Below, piece by piece: positions 52,378 through 64,000 of a DNA stretch of 64,000 bases. The position numbers were made by a program, and so were the translations under genes. The notes under the pieces are model-generated. The model made no database searches. It was not told the origin of the DNA and saw only the letters and a list, made by a program, of their open reading frames with translations. Source of the stretch: Isurus oxyrinchus (lineage: Eukaryota); assembly GCA_026770705.1 (NCBI GenBank), contig JANJGN010000034.1:5580001-5644000 (forward strand), written 5' to 3'. The stretch's first letter is position 1. Each line of letters begins with the position of its first letter.

Positions 52378-54253
52378 GGCACGGAGGTTTACAAAAGCAA
52401 CCTGCAGAGCAAAGAGTGGATATTTGAAAGCTCTGGCTGGTAAAATATGTAAAATCCCAAGATATTCTATATGTTCATCAATGTGAAAAGGGTATTCCAG
52501 GAAAGAGTGCTGTCCATTGGGGACCAAGGGGACAATCTATGGTTGGAGCGAGAGGCCAAAAATCGAATGTAGTACGATTGCTTCATATCCATCTTCACAC
52601 AAGAGAATAAGGATGACTGTATAGAACTCGGGGATTGAGAAAGGAAGTTATTGCACACTTTGAAATAAGGAGTGGCAAGGTATTGGTAGTGTTGGCACGC
52701 TGAAATGAGATCATATCTTCAGATCCGGATTTTGTTGGTCCCAGACTGCTGAGGGAGACCAGGGAGGTTAGCACAGGGTTTTCTGAACCATTTTTAAAAT
52801 TCCCATCTTGCTACGGGGTGATGCCAGAGGACTAGAAAAAAGCTAATGTGGTTCTGCTATTTAAGGATGGTTGTAGCGATAATTTCGCGAATTGCGGACC
52901 GATGAGTCTCACGACATTGGTAGGTAAACTATTGGAAAAAATTCTGAAGGAGAGATTATATTTCCATGTAGAGAGGCAACGTTTGATCAGGGATATTTAG
53001 CATGGCTTTGTCCGAGGGAGGTTATGCCTAAATAATTTTATTGAAAATGTTGAGGAGGTGACCAGTTGTCTAGATGAGGATATTGCATTTGATGTAGCTT
53101 ATATCGATTTCAGCAAATGCTTTGATAAGTTCCATCATGGGAGACTTATAAGGGAGGCAAATGCACATGGAACACGGGGTGTTTTGATAAGGTGGATTCA
53201 AAATTGGCTTAGTTGAAGGAAGCAGAGAGCGTTGGCAGAAGGATGCTTCAGTAGTTGGAAGCGAGTGTCCCGTGGCGTATCAGAGTGATCGGTGTTGGGT
53301 CCCCTATTATTTGTTATTTATATAAACGACAATTATGACTATGTGGGGGGAGAATTAGTAAGTTTGCGGAAGACACAGAGATTGGCGGGGTGGTTAACAG
53401 TTAGGATGAGTGTCCTGGGCTACAGGGAGATATAAATGGGATAGTCAAATTGGCAGCTAAGTGGCAGATGGAATTTAATCCTAAGAAGTGTGAGAAATGT
53501 ACTTTGGGAGGCATAATTTTACAAGGAAATATTCAATGAATGGCAGACACTAGGAGGTTCTGAAGAACAAAGGGAAACTGGCCTGTGTTTCCATAGATCA
53601 CTGATGAAAGAGTGCCATGTTACTGGAGTTTGAAAAAGGCACTTGCCCTTACCCAACGAGGCATAGATAACAAAGGCAGAGAGGTCAGTTTAGAGTTATA
53701 GAACCTTGGTGAGGTCACAGCTGCTGTTCTGGTCGGCATATTATAAGATGGATGTAAATGCAAAATTATAGGGTGGAGAGGAGATTCACCAGTATATTGC
53801 CTGTGAAGAAACATTTAAATTATGAACAGAGGTTGGATTGACTTGTGTTGTTTTCGTTGGAGCAGAGAAGACTAAGGGTTGACCTGATCTATGTGAAGAA
53901 GATTTTAAGTGGCATGGACAAGGTGGATAGGGAGCAACTACTGACCTTATTCTATGGTCGATTAACGAGGGGATGCAAATTCAAATTGAGGGGCAGGAGG
54001 TTTAGGGTGAATGTGGGGGGAAAAAATATTTTATTTGCAGAGAGTGGTGATGGCTTGGAATCCGCAGCCTGGGAGGGTGATGGAAGGGGGTTGCCTCACA
54101 TCCTTTATAAAGTTCCTGGATGACCAGTTGACACGTTATAAAATTCAAGCTTATAGGCCAAATGCCAGTATATGGGATTACGTAGGTCGGCCAGGTGTCC
54201 CTCACATGTCGGTGTAGGGTCGCTGCTGCAATGGATTATTCTGTGATTCTATG
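52378..54253 (+). mobile_element. 5'-truncated CR1 LINE nested in the second-family LINE
   Basis: RT motifs DFSKCFDK, GPLLFVIYIND, SKFAEDT; C-terminal FSLEQRRLRVDLI; 3' tail ATTCTGTG-ATTCTATG; ATCT on both sides. Confidence 0.9.
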
Positions 54254-54745
54254 ATCTACAAGGCAATGCGCAAGATTGTGCTCGATTGCTCCACGCTTTC
54301 TTGGAAGACTGCCACTCCAACAACACGCAAGGAGGTCGGCACCTTCCACTATATATCCTTAAACTAGATTGGCATCACATCCATAACCCTCAACTTTCAC
54401 TCCCACTATCAGGGACAGTGGCTGCAGCGCATTCCAACTGCACGAAGCTCTGCTGTAACTCCCCAATGACCCTTTGGCACCACCTTCCAAAATCATTATT
54501 TCTATTACCCAGATGGAAAACGGCATCAGATACATGTGAAAACCAACACGTGGATGTTCCCCTCGAAGTCACGCGCCACCCTCACCTACCACAGTTTCTC
54601 AGAATATTGGATCTCCTTTCCTAGCAGCAATGCTGGTGTTCCTGCAACAATTAGATTGCAGCAGTTCAAGAAGGCAGGTCACTCTTACCTCCTCAAGGCT
54701 ATTAAGGATGGGCAATAAAAACTTACCTAGCCAAGACGCCCACAA
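54254..54745 (+). mobile_element. Second-family LINE, 3' half
   Basis: Resumes with atctacaaggca (IYKA) and ends in the family tail ttaaggatgggcaataaaa...ctagccaagacgcccac. Confidence 0.8.
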
Positions 54746-56263
54746 ATTAACAAATTAACATGAAACAAATGAGGAACAAATTTAAAAAATATATATATAC
54801 ATGAGTCGGTGTCAGTTCTCTTAACTCAACTAGCGCAAGTTGCACTAAATTATCTAATTCTAGCGCAGCCAGTTCAAAAACGGAAGCCTTATCAGCCTCG
54901 CTTTTTTCTCTTTGAAAGACAGGGCTTGAGGTTGATCTTATAGGACATTTCAATTGCTTAAGGTGTTACGTTAAATATAAAATCGTGATTATATTCCCAG
55001 CTTTGTTAGAAACCGGAGCTATGTTTCATGAATGTATAATATAGATAAGTATAACCCATAAGGTGTACGGGCAGCTGGGGAAGTTTTGAACTTTGCAGCT
55101 TAAGAATGAATAGCCTGGAATTATTTAAAGCTAATATAGACATCCATATCAGACAGGAAGTATCAGAAGTTTCTGTTGAGAACAATAGACATCGAGTGAT
55201 CACCGGAGATGTGAATAAAAAATAGGGATATTAATAGAAATATTAAGCCTAAAGGTCATATTATCACGTTGTTTAACCAATGTGATTCGACATATTTGTG
55301 AAAAATGTCCGAATGAATTCTGTGCAATTTCTGTTTTGTGATCAACTATGCATGTTTCCAAATCCTTACAACTCAAAGGCCTACAGCTTAAAATATTGTT
55401 AAATGTGATTAGTTTCAGAAAAACTATTATTCTTTTGCAATGTTATTTTGGCTTTGCTTGCATTGAGCTCTGCAAAATGAAAATAACGTTAGTGTCCTTG
55501 TTCTGATGGCAATGGTTCGGGAAATATGACAAGCCTAGTAATAGGGCTTGTGGGTCAATTAAATATGACAAACGTTGCATGTGGTGACATGACACACAAT
55601 TCTGAAAATTCTAGACGGGTCACTGCCACATGACTAACGCCTCGTTATCATGTTACTATACAAAAAGTGAAATGAAATATCAAAATAATTGTGATTCTTT
55701 AAACCTTACGCATCTTACATATGATACAACGATCAATATTACATTTATAAGGTGCAGACTTTCAATTTGCAATTGCCCTTGCAGGTCAGCAGTTTTTTTT
55801 TTCTGGATAATCACACGAAATGTGGTTCTTCTTGCAAATGATGAGATTTAACCTTTTTTTGGTGACTTCAATTTAAAACGCAATTCAAAATAGAATTTTA
55901 AAAGTCAAGCAGCCAGCAAGTTTTTTTCTGGTTTTGTGTTGGGTTAAACAATACGAGTACCGCCTGCACATTCATGATTACTTATTCAAATTCTCCTTCT
56001 CTAACTCCGCCTTATGTTATCTATTAAATCGCGATTCAAAACTGCCCGCACCAATTTTGAAAGAAAAATGATGGCTCAAGACAGCTGGCAACAAAAAACA
56101 ATTAGCACACGTGGGCAACACCACAAAATTTGCTGTGCATGAACATTTTCAGCCCTACATCACGTCAAAATGTTAAAGGCATCCTTATTATGCTTTCTTT
56201 TCGTGAACAACCCTAGTTTACACAACGGAAGTTGAGGCATTTCTGCTTGCTATTCTTTGACAG

Positions 56264-56299
56264 AAAATGAAAAACTGAAGCAAGAATTGATAAAGAAAG
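56264..56299 (+). CDS. Micro-exon 22, class A, 36 nt: ENEKLKQELIKK
   Basis: cttgctattctttgacag|AAAATGAAAAACTGAAGCAAGAATTGATAAAGAAAG|gtgaaa. Confidence 0.87.
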
Positions 56300-57118
56300 G
56301 TGAAAAAATGAGAATGATGTGGATGGTTAACTTCAAGACTTGAGCCATATCAGTTTCCTTTCTGCAGAAAAGTGGCACGTACTAAAATATGCAGAGTGTA
56401 AATTATTTGTAATGTTCAATACTGCTTTTTGTCGCAAACTGATTGATTGCTAATTAAACATATTAATAGAAATCAATAGTAGATATACTGTATTGAATAG
56501 AAGTTATACAAAAGTCTAATTTTTTTTTATTTTGACCTATCATGAAGCGAACACTTGTTTTTAATGTTTTTCACTCGCTTTGTCACAAACGATGCTATGG
56601 ATACAACGAGACTCTACAATGTTCTCCTCTCTGGAAAACCTCCTGCACTGGCAATATGATTGTGTAAACCAATAGCTCTGCTGCATAAATCCTAACTGAA
56701 GTCAAATTTTAATCATTCTGATCGCCTGTGCAAAGATGTGAAAGATGATTCAATGCTACAAATCTACAAGATATAAGGATCTCTAATATACTGGCATTAT
56801 ATATATACAGATATTCATTCCACTGCCTGGGCTCTCTGCTTTGCAATTATTTCCCTTAACTTCCCCGCATTCCCCACTCTTGCTCATTCTTGATACCCTT
56901 AAGTCTACATCTGTGATCAATATTTTTCTTAACAGACATGGCAATATGCTGTTATCAGAAAATATTTATTTCATGCCACTCCTGTGAAATGTACTTGAGT
57001 GCAAATTTTGCTAAAAGTCGCAGTAAAGTTAGAGTAAAAGAAAAAAAAAAATATTTTATTAGTATTTCATTAGGAAATAACACGATTTAACATTTTCGAT
57101 ATGTTTTCACATATTCAG

Positions 57119-57145
57119 GCGTGGATTTGAAAGACGTGTTCCCAG
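57119..57145 (+). CDS. Micro-exon 23, class B, 27 nt: GVDLKDVFP
   Basis: gttttcacatattcag|GCGTGGATTTGAAAGACGTGTTCCCAG|gtaatg. Confidence 0.8.
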
Positions 57146-57299
57146 GTAATGGATCAACTAATAAATGATTATAATTTGGCCAAAAGAAAAGAGCATCACT
57201 GTAATTGCTACTCGACAATCATAGAATAGTAAAATGACGCAGAAGGGAAAGGGTTTTGTAAGCGTATATGCAGGTTACCAAGGAAAATGATATGAAGGC

Positions 57300-58760
57300 C
57301 TTGCAGGGCATCTATTTTCGTAATGATACTCAGGGTGTGACAGGGAGGGCAGAGTGTACAAACATAGGAAACAGCAGCATGGTATTCTGAGTAAAGTAAA
57401 TGAATTAACAACACAAGTAGAGATAAACGATTATCAAAGTATACATATTGCAGAGATATGGTTACAAGGCGATCATAGGTAGGAGGTAAATAGTCAGGGG
57501 TTATGTGACTATTTTAAAGGGCAGGCAGGAAAAAAAAGTGCTGTGTGGTACCTTTGTTAGTAAAATTTGGAATAAGTCCCAAAGCAAGAAACGCTCCTGG
57601 GACGGAAAATGTGGAATCCATACGAGTGAATGTAAGAAATAACAGGTTGAAGAAGACACTCTTGGGGGAACTCTATAGGCCCCTGTCAGTGGGCGTAGTA
57701 TAGTCCAGAGGACAAATGAGGAGATAATGATTTGAGTAATATGTTGCGAATTCAACCAGGGATCAGGCTATTTTAGATCTGATAATGTTTAATGAGGCAG
57801 CAAGGTTAATACATGATCTCAGTGTCAAGGATATCGTAGGAAAGTGTGAACATAATACTTTAGGATTTAACGTTCAATTGGAGAGTGAGAAACCTGGGTT
57901 GGAAAATAAATGTGCACATCTTAAATAAGGGTAATAACAAATTAATGAGGGCACAATTGACTCCAGTGGACTTAGATTCATTGTAACAGAAATGAAGTCT
58001 GCTGAACAATAACAGACTTTTAAGAAAATAGTTCATGACTCTCCAAAAATATATCTATACCAGTTTGGAAGACGTGTTCAAGGAAGGGGATGACCCAACC
58101 ATGGTTCAACAGCAAATTTAAGGACAGGAACAAATTGAAATAGAAGAAAACATATAATTTAGCTAAATTTGGAGGTAATCAGAGGATTGGGAAAGTTTCA
58201 AAAGAAACTACAAAATAGGTCTAGAACAACAATAAAGAGGGATAAAATTAACATTAAGGGTAAACTAGCAAATAATATAAAAACAGCGTGTAAGGGTGTA
58301 TTGAAATATATGTATATATATAGAGGGAGAGAGTGGCCTAATAGAGCATAAGCACCTTAGAGAATGAAGCAATAGCAAAGATTATGGGGGACCAGGAAAT
58401 GGCAGATGAGTTCAATAAATCCTTTGCTTCAGCCTTCTTAGTAGTAGAGGCGAATGGTATTCCACAAATTAATAAATTTTCAAGGGCGAATAAGTGTGTG
58501 GGGTTGAGGGGGTGGGGGGGGGGGGTGCGGGCGGGGAGTGGTGGAGGAGATTAATGCAATAACTAGCATAAGAGACAAAGTTCTGGGCAAACGAATGGGT
58601 CTAAAGGCTAATAATTCCCTTTGGCCTGATGGGTTTCATCCTAGCATATTGGAGGTAGTAGATACAGAGATATTGGAAGCAATTGTAATAATCTCCGAAT
58701 AATCTTTTGCCTCCTGTAAAGTCCCAAAGGGTTGCAGAACGGCCAGTGTAATAATCCGTT
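57300..58760 (+). mobile_element. Decayed CR1-type LINE, endonuclease/linker region
   Basis: attgcagagatatggttacaa (I.E.WL), ctctataggccccct-like YRPP, attttagatctgata (ILDL), ggcctgatgggtttcatcctagc (GPDG.HP). Confidence 0.75.
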
Positions 58761-59025
58761 TTCCTTTTCTTTGCGAATAGACCCTGCCCTCCCCTTCTCC
58801 TCTCTCCAAAATGCCAGCCTCTACAACAACCTCCCTTTTGAAGGATTTTTTAAGCAACCTCTTGGAGCAATATGTCACTGAGTTCATATTACAATATATT
58901 GTCCGCTGTCAATGTCAGTTTCATGGCGCCATGGTGCCCTGTGCTCGGTTGTTATATAGCCTGAATACCAGCAGTTATGGCTTTGCTAAATGGAAAATGC
59001 AACAATGTAATAATTTTGTCTTCAG

Positions 59026-59052
59026 ATCGACAGATAGGAGATACAGAATCAA
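59026..59052 (+). CDS. Micro-exon 24, 27 nt: DRQIGDTES
   Basis: taattttgtcttcag|ATCGACAGATAGGAGATACAGAATCAA|gtaacc; weak donor. Confidence 0.6.
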
Positions 59053-60205
59053 GTAACCAATATTTTAATATTTTTCTCATTTTTTTTGTTTATAAAACAT
59101 ATATAATTGCAGTCGTTCGATCACAGAATCTCGGGGTGATGCAACACAGAACAAAGTTTTGATGCGGCTTTTCAGGCCTGTGCCAGCACATTACCTAGCG
59201 TCTTACAATTAGCCGAATTTCATTCATGTTCTCCCCAAACTCATTTTCTTCACTTAATGCTAGTTTTCATTTGTCCTTTAAAAATTGCTGCTGGATCCCA
59301 CTACCTTATTTTTACCATTTAACTTTAAGAAATCATTGCGTAAAAAGTAACATTAACCTTCAATATCCCCACGATTTTTTTTTATTTTACTCTATCAGAT
59401 CAATTCATGCTTCTGAATCCCTCTGTGAAATCACATTTTAATCTCTCTGCTCTAGACAAAGACGCAGCTCCAGCCAAAACGTCCCCAGTCTGGACACATA
59501 ACTTTAATCCGTCATTTCAGTGTGTATTTATTTCACATTGTTCGCTTGATGTCTGTGACTATGACTATTCTTCGAAGAGTTTGTCATATTTGTGATTTAT
59601 TTGACTGACGAAAGTGATTGCTTCATGTTTTTTTTCGCAAAAGAAAGCTAAACCTCGTTAAGGACAGCAGGAAAATCGTGTCTACTATAAATAAAATAGA
59701 ATCAAACCATCCCTGGGTGCAATTATGAAACACATCTTCAAATACATAGTGACAGAAGTACAATACTCTCGCAACTAGCTCTGAAAGGCAATTGTTGTTG
59801 AGTTAATTGTAAACGTTGACGCGGACAATGATAGTTTGTAGATTGGTGCCAATAGCACAAGATTCGATCGCCCTTCTTGCTGGGTTTTATTCTCAACCTC
59901 CCTCCTGGCCCTACCCTGGTGGCGATTGAGGTGATCTCGGTTCATTCTGCTTTCGGGCAGATTGAACCCAGATCTGATGATTATTGATGTGTTGCTTTAA
60001 TTTACCAAATGCATTAACTGACATAGAAAAATGGCAGGTGTTTTACGTTAAATCAGAAAAAGACTTATTGATTTCAAGAACTTACTGGAGGGAAAACTCA
60101 CTAAATAGATCCCTTTTTTTTTGTGTAGACAGGGATCGAGATCTTTAACTTATATGGAATAGAGCAGTAGAGGCAATGCAGGCTGCTGTGAAATACTTGC
60201 TCCTG

Positions 60206-60300
60206 AATAATAATAATAATAATAATAATATTTATAATGATAATAATAAGAAGAAAAAGAAGAAGAAGAAGAAGAAGAAGAAGAAGAAGAAGAAGAATAA
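60206..60300 (+). repeat. Compound microsatellite (AAT)n-(AAG)n
   Basis: Directly visible; it produces the poly-N/K/L/S ORFs in the track. Confidence 0.95.
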
Positions 60301-61469
60301 CATAGGGGCTCAATGTAACGTATACAAATACCACAAGGCATCAAGAGTGCTCTCACTTCAGGCAAATGCAGATGGTTTGCATATCTTTTGCAGCATATAT
60401 GCCTTCTGTGGCTCTAATTGATAATGTTGCTTCCAGGGAATAGTTCAAAATATTAGGCACTACCCTCTAGGAAAGATGGCTATGTCATGGAGCAGAGAAA
60501 ATTAGATAGGCAGCGATAGGACAATAAATTACTCCACACATCTGGAGTGCCAAGAAAAGTTGCGATGTTTGCCCACAAAACAGACAAGGTTTCCAGAAAA
60601 CAAAATAGTTGTGCAGTTCATAATAATGAAGGGATTTAATAGCTCATCAAGGCAGAAACTCAGTGCAGTGCAGAGTGACGGTTATTCATTCGATGCAAAT
60701 TTATGTTTGTTACTAAAAGGAAGCAAAGGTCAGCTAAAGGCTGCTTTTATGCATCACTAAAAGCCTGCCTGCAAACATGCAGGTTTAAAAAAAAAACAAG
60801 TTTTCAAATGTGTGATGGTGAAATATTTGAATCTAAATATTTTATTGGAGTCTATTTACATAGAGGGGGACATTTTATTGATTGGTTTAACCTTAAAACG
60901 AGCTTGTGCATGGATTATTGTCTCAAAGTTCTTCTTTAATGTTCATCATACTCTGATTCAATGCTTATTTGCCCTCGTCATTTTAACCATCCATTTTTTT
61001 TATATTGTGTAAATGTCTGCTGAATTTATTTAACCAGGAGGCCGAGAGATACACGATATTCAGGCGTAGCAGTTCAATTCCTTAAAGTATACAATATATA
61101 AAAAAATGGGGAATCTTAGCTGATAATAAATGTTTTTCATAGAGAAGGTGAATGAGGAGCTATTTATGTGAAACAAGGAATTGATAGGGACCTAGAACGA
61201 ATGTATTTTCACTGTGTTCACGATCGAAAAAGAAAACTCTACTAATAGTAGAAAAATGGATGAAAGTAGTTGGAGGTAATTTTAAAATAATAACTTTGAC
61301 AAGAGAGAGGAAAATTGGCAACTTGATTGTAAGAATGAATTGCAACTCTTCTGGACATGATCATCTGCATAATGTGATCTTAAAGCAAGAAACTGCAGAC
61401 AATGTGCATAGAGTGGTTGTAACCTACCAATGTATTGTGGACAAGTGTAAAATACACATTTAACAAACA

Positions 61470-62270
61470 CTTTCTCTATTCGGGAAAGAAGGAAGTCCGG
61501 ATGTCGGAAAATATAGATATCTTGTTCTAGTATGTAGACAAGTTTGTTGAAGATACAAAAATATCCGTGAAAACGAATTCGGTAGGCACAACGAGGCTAC
61601 AAAGGAATATACAATTATTAATTGACAGTCCAAATAAATGACTGATAGAGTATAATGTTGGAAAATGGGAGGCTGCCACTTTGATAAAAATTTAAAAAAA
61701 TAGAAAAATACGAATTATCTGGAACAAATAAATTTGAGACTTTGCATGTATGAAACGCAAAACGCGAAAACGCAGCTACCAATACTAATTAGGGAAACAA
61801 CTTTTTACATATTTTATTGTAAAATGGATGGAGTACAAAATCAAGAACACTTGCAACAGCTATATAGGTTCTTGGTGTCTCAGCATCTAGAGTACTACGT
61901 GCAACTTGTGTCTCCTTCCTTCAGAAGGAATGTAGTCGCAAAGGAGACATTTTAGAGAATTTTTACTTTGGTCTATTCCAATGATGAAAAGGTTGCCTTG
62001 ATCGGAAAGTTAAGTATGTGCGATGATACATTGGGAACATATGCAAAAACGATGGGCTTGAAAATGTAAATGTTATGAGGCTGCATGTCCTTCTCTATAA
62101 TATAGAAATTGGGCTGAGATGCGGCGGGGGTGAAATGGTGAGCTTCAGCATAAGATATCGCCCATTGGTGATGAATAGGCATTTATACTCCAGGGAGTAG
62201 AATATATTTTGAATTCACTCACTCGGAGAGCTGTGGAGGATAATAGATTAAATCTGATAGACGTTGGAAG
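61470..62270 (+). mobile_element. Decayed CR1-type 3' fragment
   Basis: ORF fragment LQQLYRFLVSQHLEYYVQLVSP matches the CR1 motif LYK.LVRPHLEYCVQFWSP. Confidence 0.7.
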
Positions 62271-62294
62271 AGGGAGAATAATCTCCGTTGTTTT

Positions 62295-62595
62295 AAATGG
62301 TAATAACGCTGGATTAATGAGCAAGAACTCGGGCTAATGCCCTGGGATAAAACAGTTCAAATGCTATCACAGCAGCTGGGGGGATTCAAATTCAATTAAT
62401 AAACATTTAATTAAAAGCTAATCTTAAGAGCGGTGACCATGGGTCATTGCTCATTGTTTTAAAAAGGCATCTGCTTCTCTCAAATCCTTTAGGAAAGGAA
62501 GCCTGACGTCATTCCCTGATTTGCTGCACATGTGACTCCAGAGATAACACAAAATGGCTGTCACTATAATTCATTCTGCAAAGGCCGAGCAAGAA
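62295..62595 (+). mobile_element. SINE copy (tRNA-like head, degenerate)
   Basis: B-box-like cagttcaaatgctatcac; body cctttaggaaaggaagcctgacgtc...acatgtgactccaga shared with three other copies in the window. Confidence 0.65.
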
Positions 62596-64000
62596 AATCA
62601 GTTTTCTCACATACATAATCTGTATACTCAATTCGAGTTTAGATTTATTGTGTTGGTTAGTTATGTGGACTTCTTTACAAACAGATAGTTTTTGCCTAAT
62701 GCGAAACATTCCAGCAGCGGGCATTTTGGAGCTTTTCAAAATAAATGATTATTTATGATCACACACATGCCCCTTATGTTTGAAGCATAGAGTCTCAGTC
62801 ACTCATTTTAACATACATTGTCACACCCACAAAGATTGAAAACATTTGAAGATAACGCTATAATTATGTAAAAAAATGAAATTTATAACTCAGTCTCAAT
62901 AACAATACTCAATACACAAGCAGCCCTTAGTTTAGCTGATATTATATTGGATCGAAGCCCTTTGAGGAGCAAGTTGTTCTCATGAATGCATTAAAGCCCC
63001 TTATGGGCCCGTAGCCAGCGGCATGACTCTCAGTCAGACTTGGATGGTTGAACGTATTTATTCATTCGGATGCAATAGAAGGCATTCAGTTATGAGGAAT
63101 CAATTGTTTCAGATATTTAAGATGCTTCACCATGATATTTAGGTTTTAAACTGCAGTTCCTGAAAGTTAGCTGCAGTCACATGATTGAAACGTAATAGTT
63201 CTGAGATTCAGGCCAGCACAATAGATTGGCAGTTGAAAATGGTCATATAGTCTTGCCTCTGCCTAAGCCTGATCTCCAATATTCTTTTCTGATCAGTATG
63301 GCACTCGGAGAGAAACAGGATAGAGACCACATAGTTCTTAAGCACCAGTACACCCTTAGACAATTAGATCTGTCAGCATGATGGACGGCTGTGAAGTACC
63401 ATTGTTGAAGTCATTATTTTACTAAATATTGGCCATAGAATTGCTGTCTGTAATTTAATTGCAAATAGTCACATACTGCGATCAGAAAAAAAAAATACTT
63501 TTATGTCCAACTTCCAAAGTATGACCTTACAGTCCTAAATAGGCACTACAGCCAGGTGTTTCCTGAAAATGACATTTGTACGGAAACATGCATAATGGAG
63601 GACTAAGCTATCCCAGAAGGAAAGGGTCAGAAATAATCGCTGCAGTACAACCACATCCAGTGGTGAACCCTGCTGGATAACTGAGCACATTAGCTGCGAG
63701 ACGAGGCACTGCAAATGCCCGCAACCTCAATGATCAGGAGGTAGACATTCATTGCAAAAACGAGAATAAAATTAAAAACGCTGAAGCATTTTCAAATATC
63801 TTTGCCAGAAGTGCTGAGTGGATGATGCATCTCGATGTTCTCCTAACATTCTCAGCATTACAGATGCCAGCCTTTAATAAATTCAATTCATTCCACATAA
63901 GATAAAGAAAATATCGAATACACTGGATACTACAAAGGCTACGGGTCCTATCAAAAGCCTGGCAATAGTAATCAGGCGATGCACCCCAGAACAAAGAGTA

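Larger units (their letters stand above)
1415..59052 (+). other. Internal portion of an unidentified micro-exon gene (at least 24 symmetric phase 1-1 exons) encoding a modular coiled-coil region; butyrophilin/BG-tail-like architecture
   Basis: 24 AG...GT-flanked segments of 18/21/24/27/36 nt, all on +, all 3n, mutually similar peptides, no stop when joined, with Leu periodicity preserved across splice junctions. Confidence 0.88.

Noticed and set aside
1415-59052. Collagen, SCPP, triadin or troponin T as the identity of the micro-exon gene
   Set aside because: No Gly-X-Y repeat and wrong phase for collagen; SCPP exons are phase 0; the Leu/Cys heptads do not fit the KEKE-rich triadin domain or acidic troponin T exons. 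No gene symbol assigned.
60057-60108. Coiled-coil-looking KRLIDFKNLLEGKLTK-stop after aatcag
   Set aside because: Wrong phase for the array and a weak acceptor.
60101-60421. Poly-K/N/L/S ORFs
   Set aside because: Translation of the (AAT)n(AAG)n microsatellite.
184-63994. Six-frame ORFs of 60-156 aa as stand-alone genes
   Set aside because: No recognisable host domains; the recognisable ones are frameshifted LINE ORF2 pieces, and the rest are noise or merely overlap a micro-exon.

Overview
AT-rich vertebrate genomic DNA. The mix of decayed CR1-type LINEs, a second LINE family and SINEs resembles cartilaginous fish (shark) genomes; that taxon call is inference. None of the supplied ORFs is a real gene: they are noise or LINE fragments. 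The main signal is missed by the ORF track: at least 24 plus-strand micro-exons of 18-36 nt between 1415 and 59052. All have canonical AG/GT ends, lengths divisible by 3, and phase 1-1 boundaries. Joined in order they give a stop-free 702-nt / 234-codon charged heptad-repeat (coiled-coil) sequence built from a duplicated module A(36 nt)-B(27 nt)-C(18-27 nt): EERLLEKDI|ELAKMKHALNDA|EEKLGRCAT|VKGGSSD|ELDILRKALDDA|ENKLRKCNQ|GARKDD|ELDKCKKALKDS|VETKKTSD|ELKELGDLIDKL|DDKLPPTNE|ESRDALNKL|SKLVNESIK|DLDAMKKDRMPL|DKKPPFTHK|DLSKINDAL|EREKRLRDLKDA|EEKLKACRK|ELKDCKSND|QIEKLKKLLEDT|ETDLVKCQL|ENEKLKQELIKK|GVDLKDVFP|DRQIGDTES. No start, transmembrane, Ig, B30.2 or confident terminal exon was found, so the gene is unidentified. 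The architecture resembles butyrophilin / avian BG heptad-exon tails but uses different exon sizes. Also present: a tRNA-Thr-like SINE with a 12-bp target-site duplication, a CR1 nested in another LINE, and a possible intronic promoter. Repeat boundaries are approximate; exon boundaries were counted base by base.
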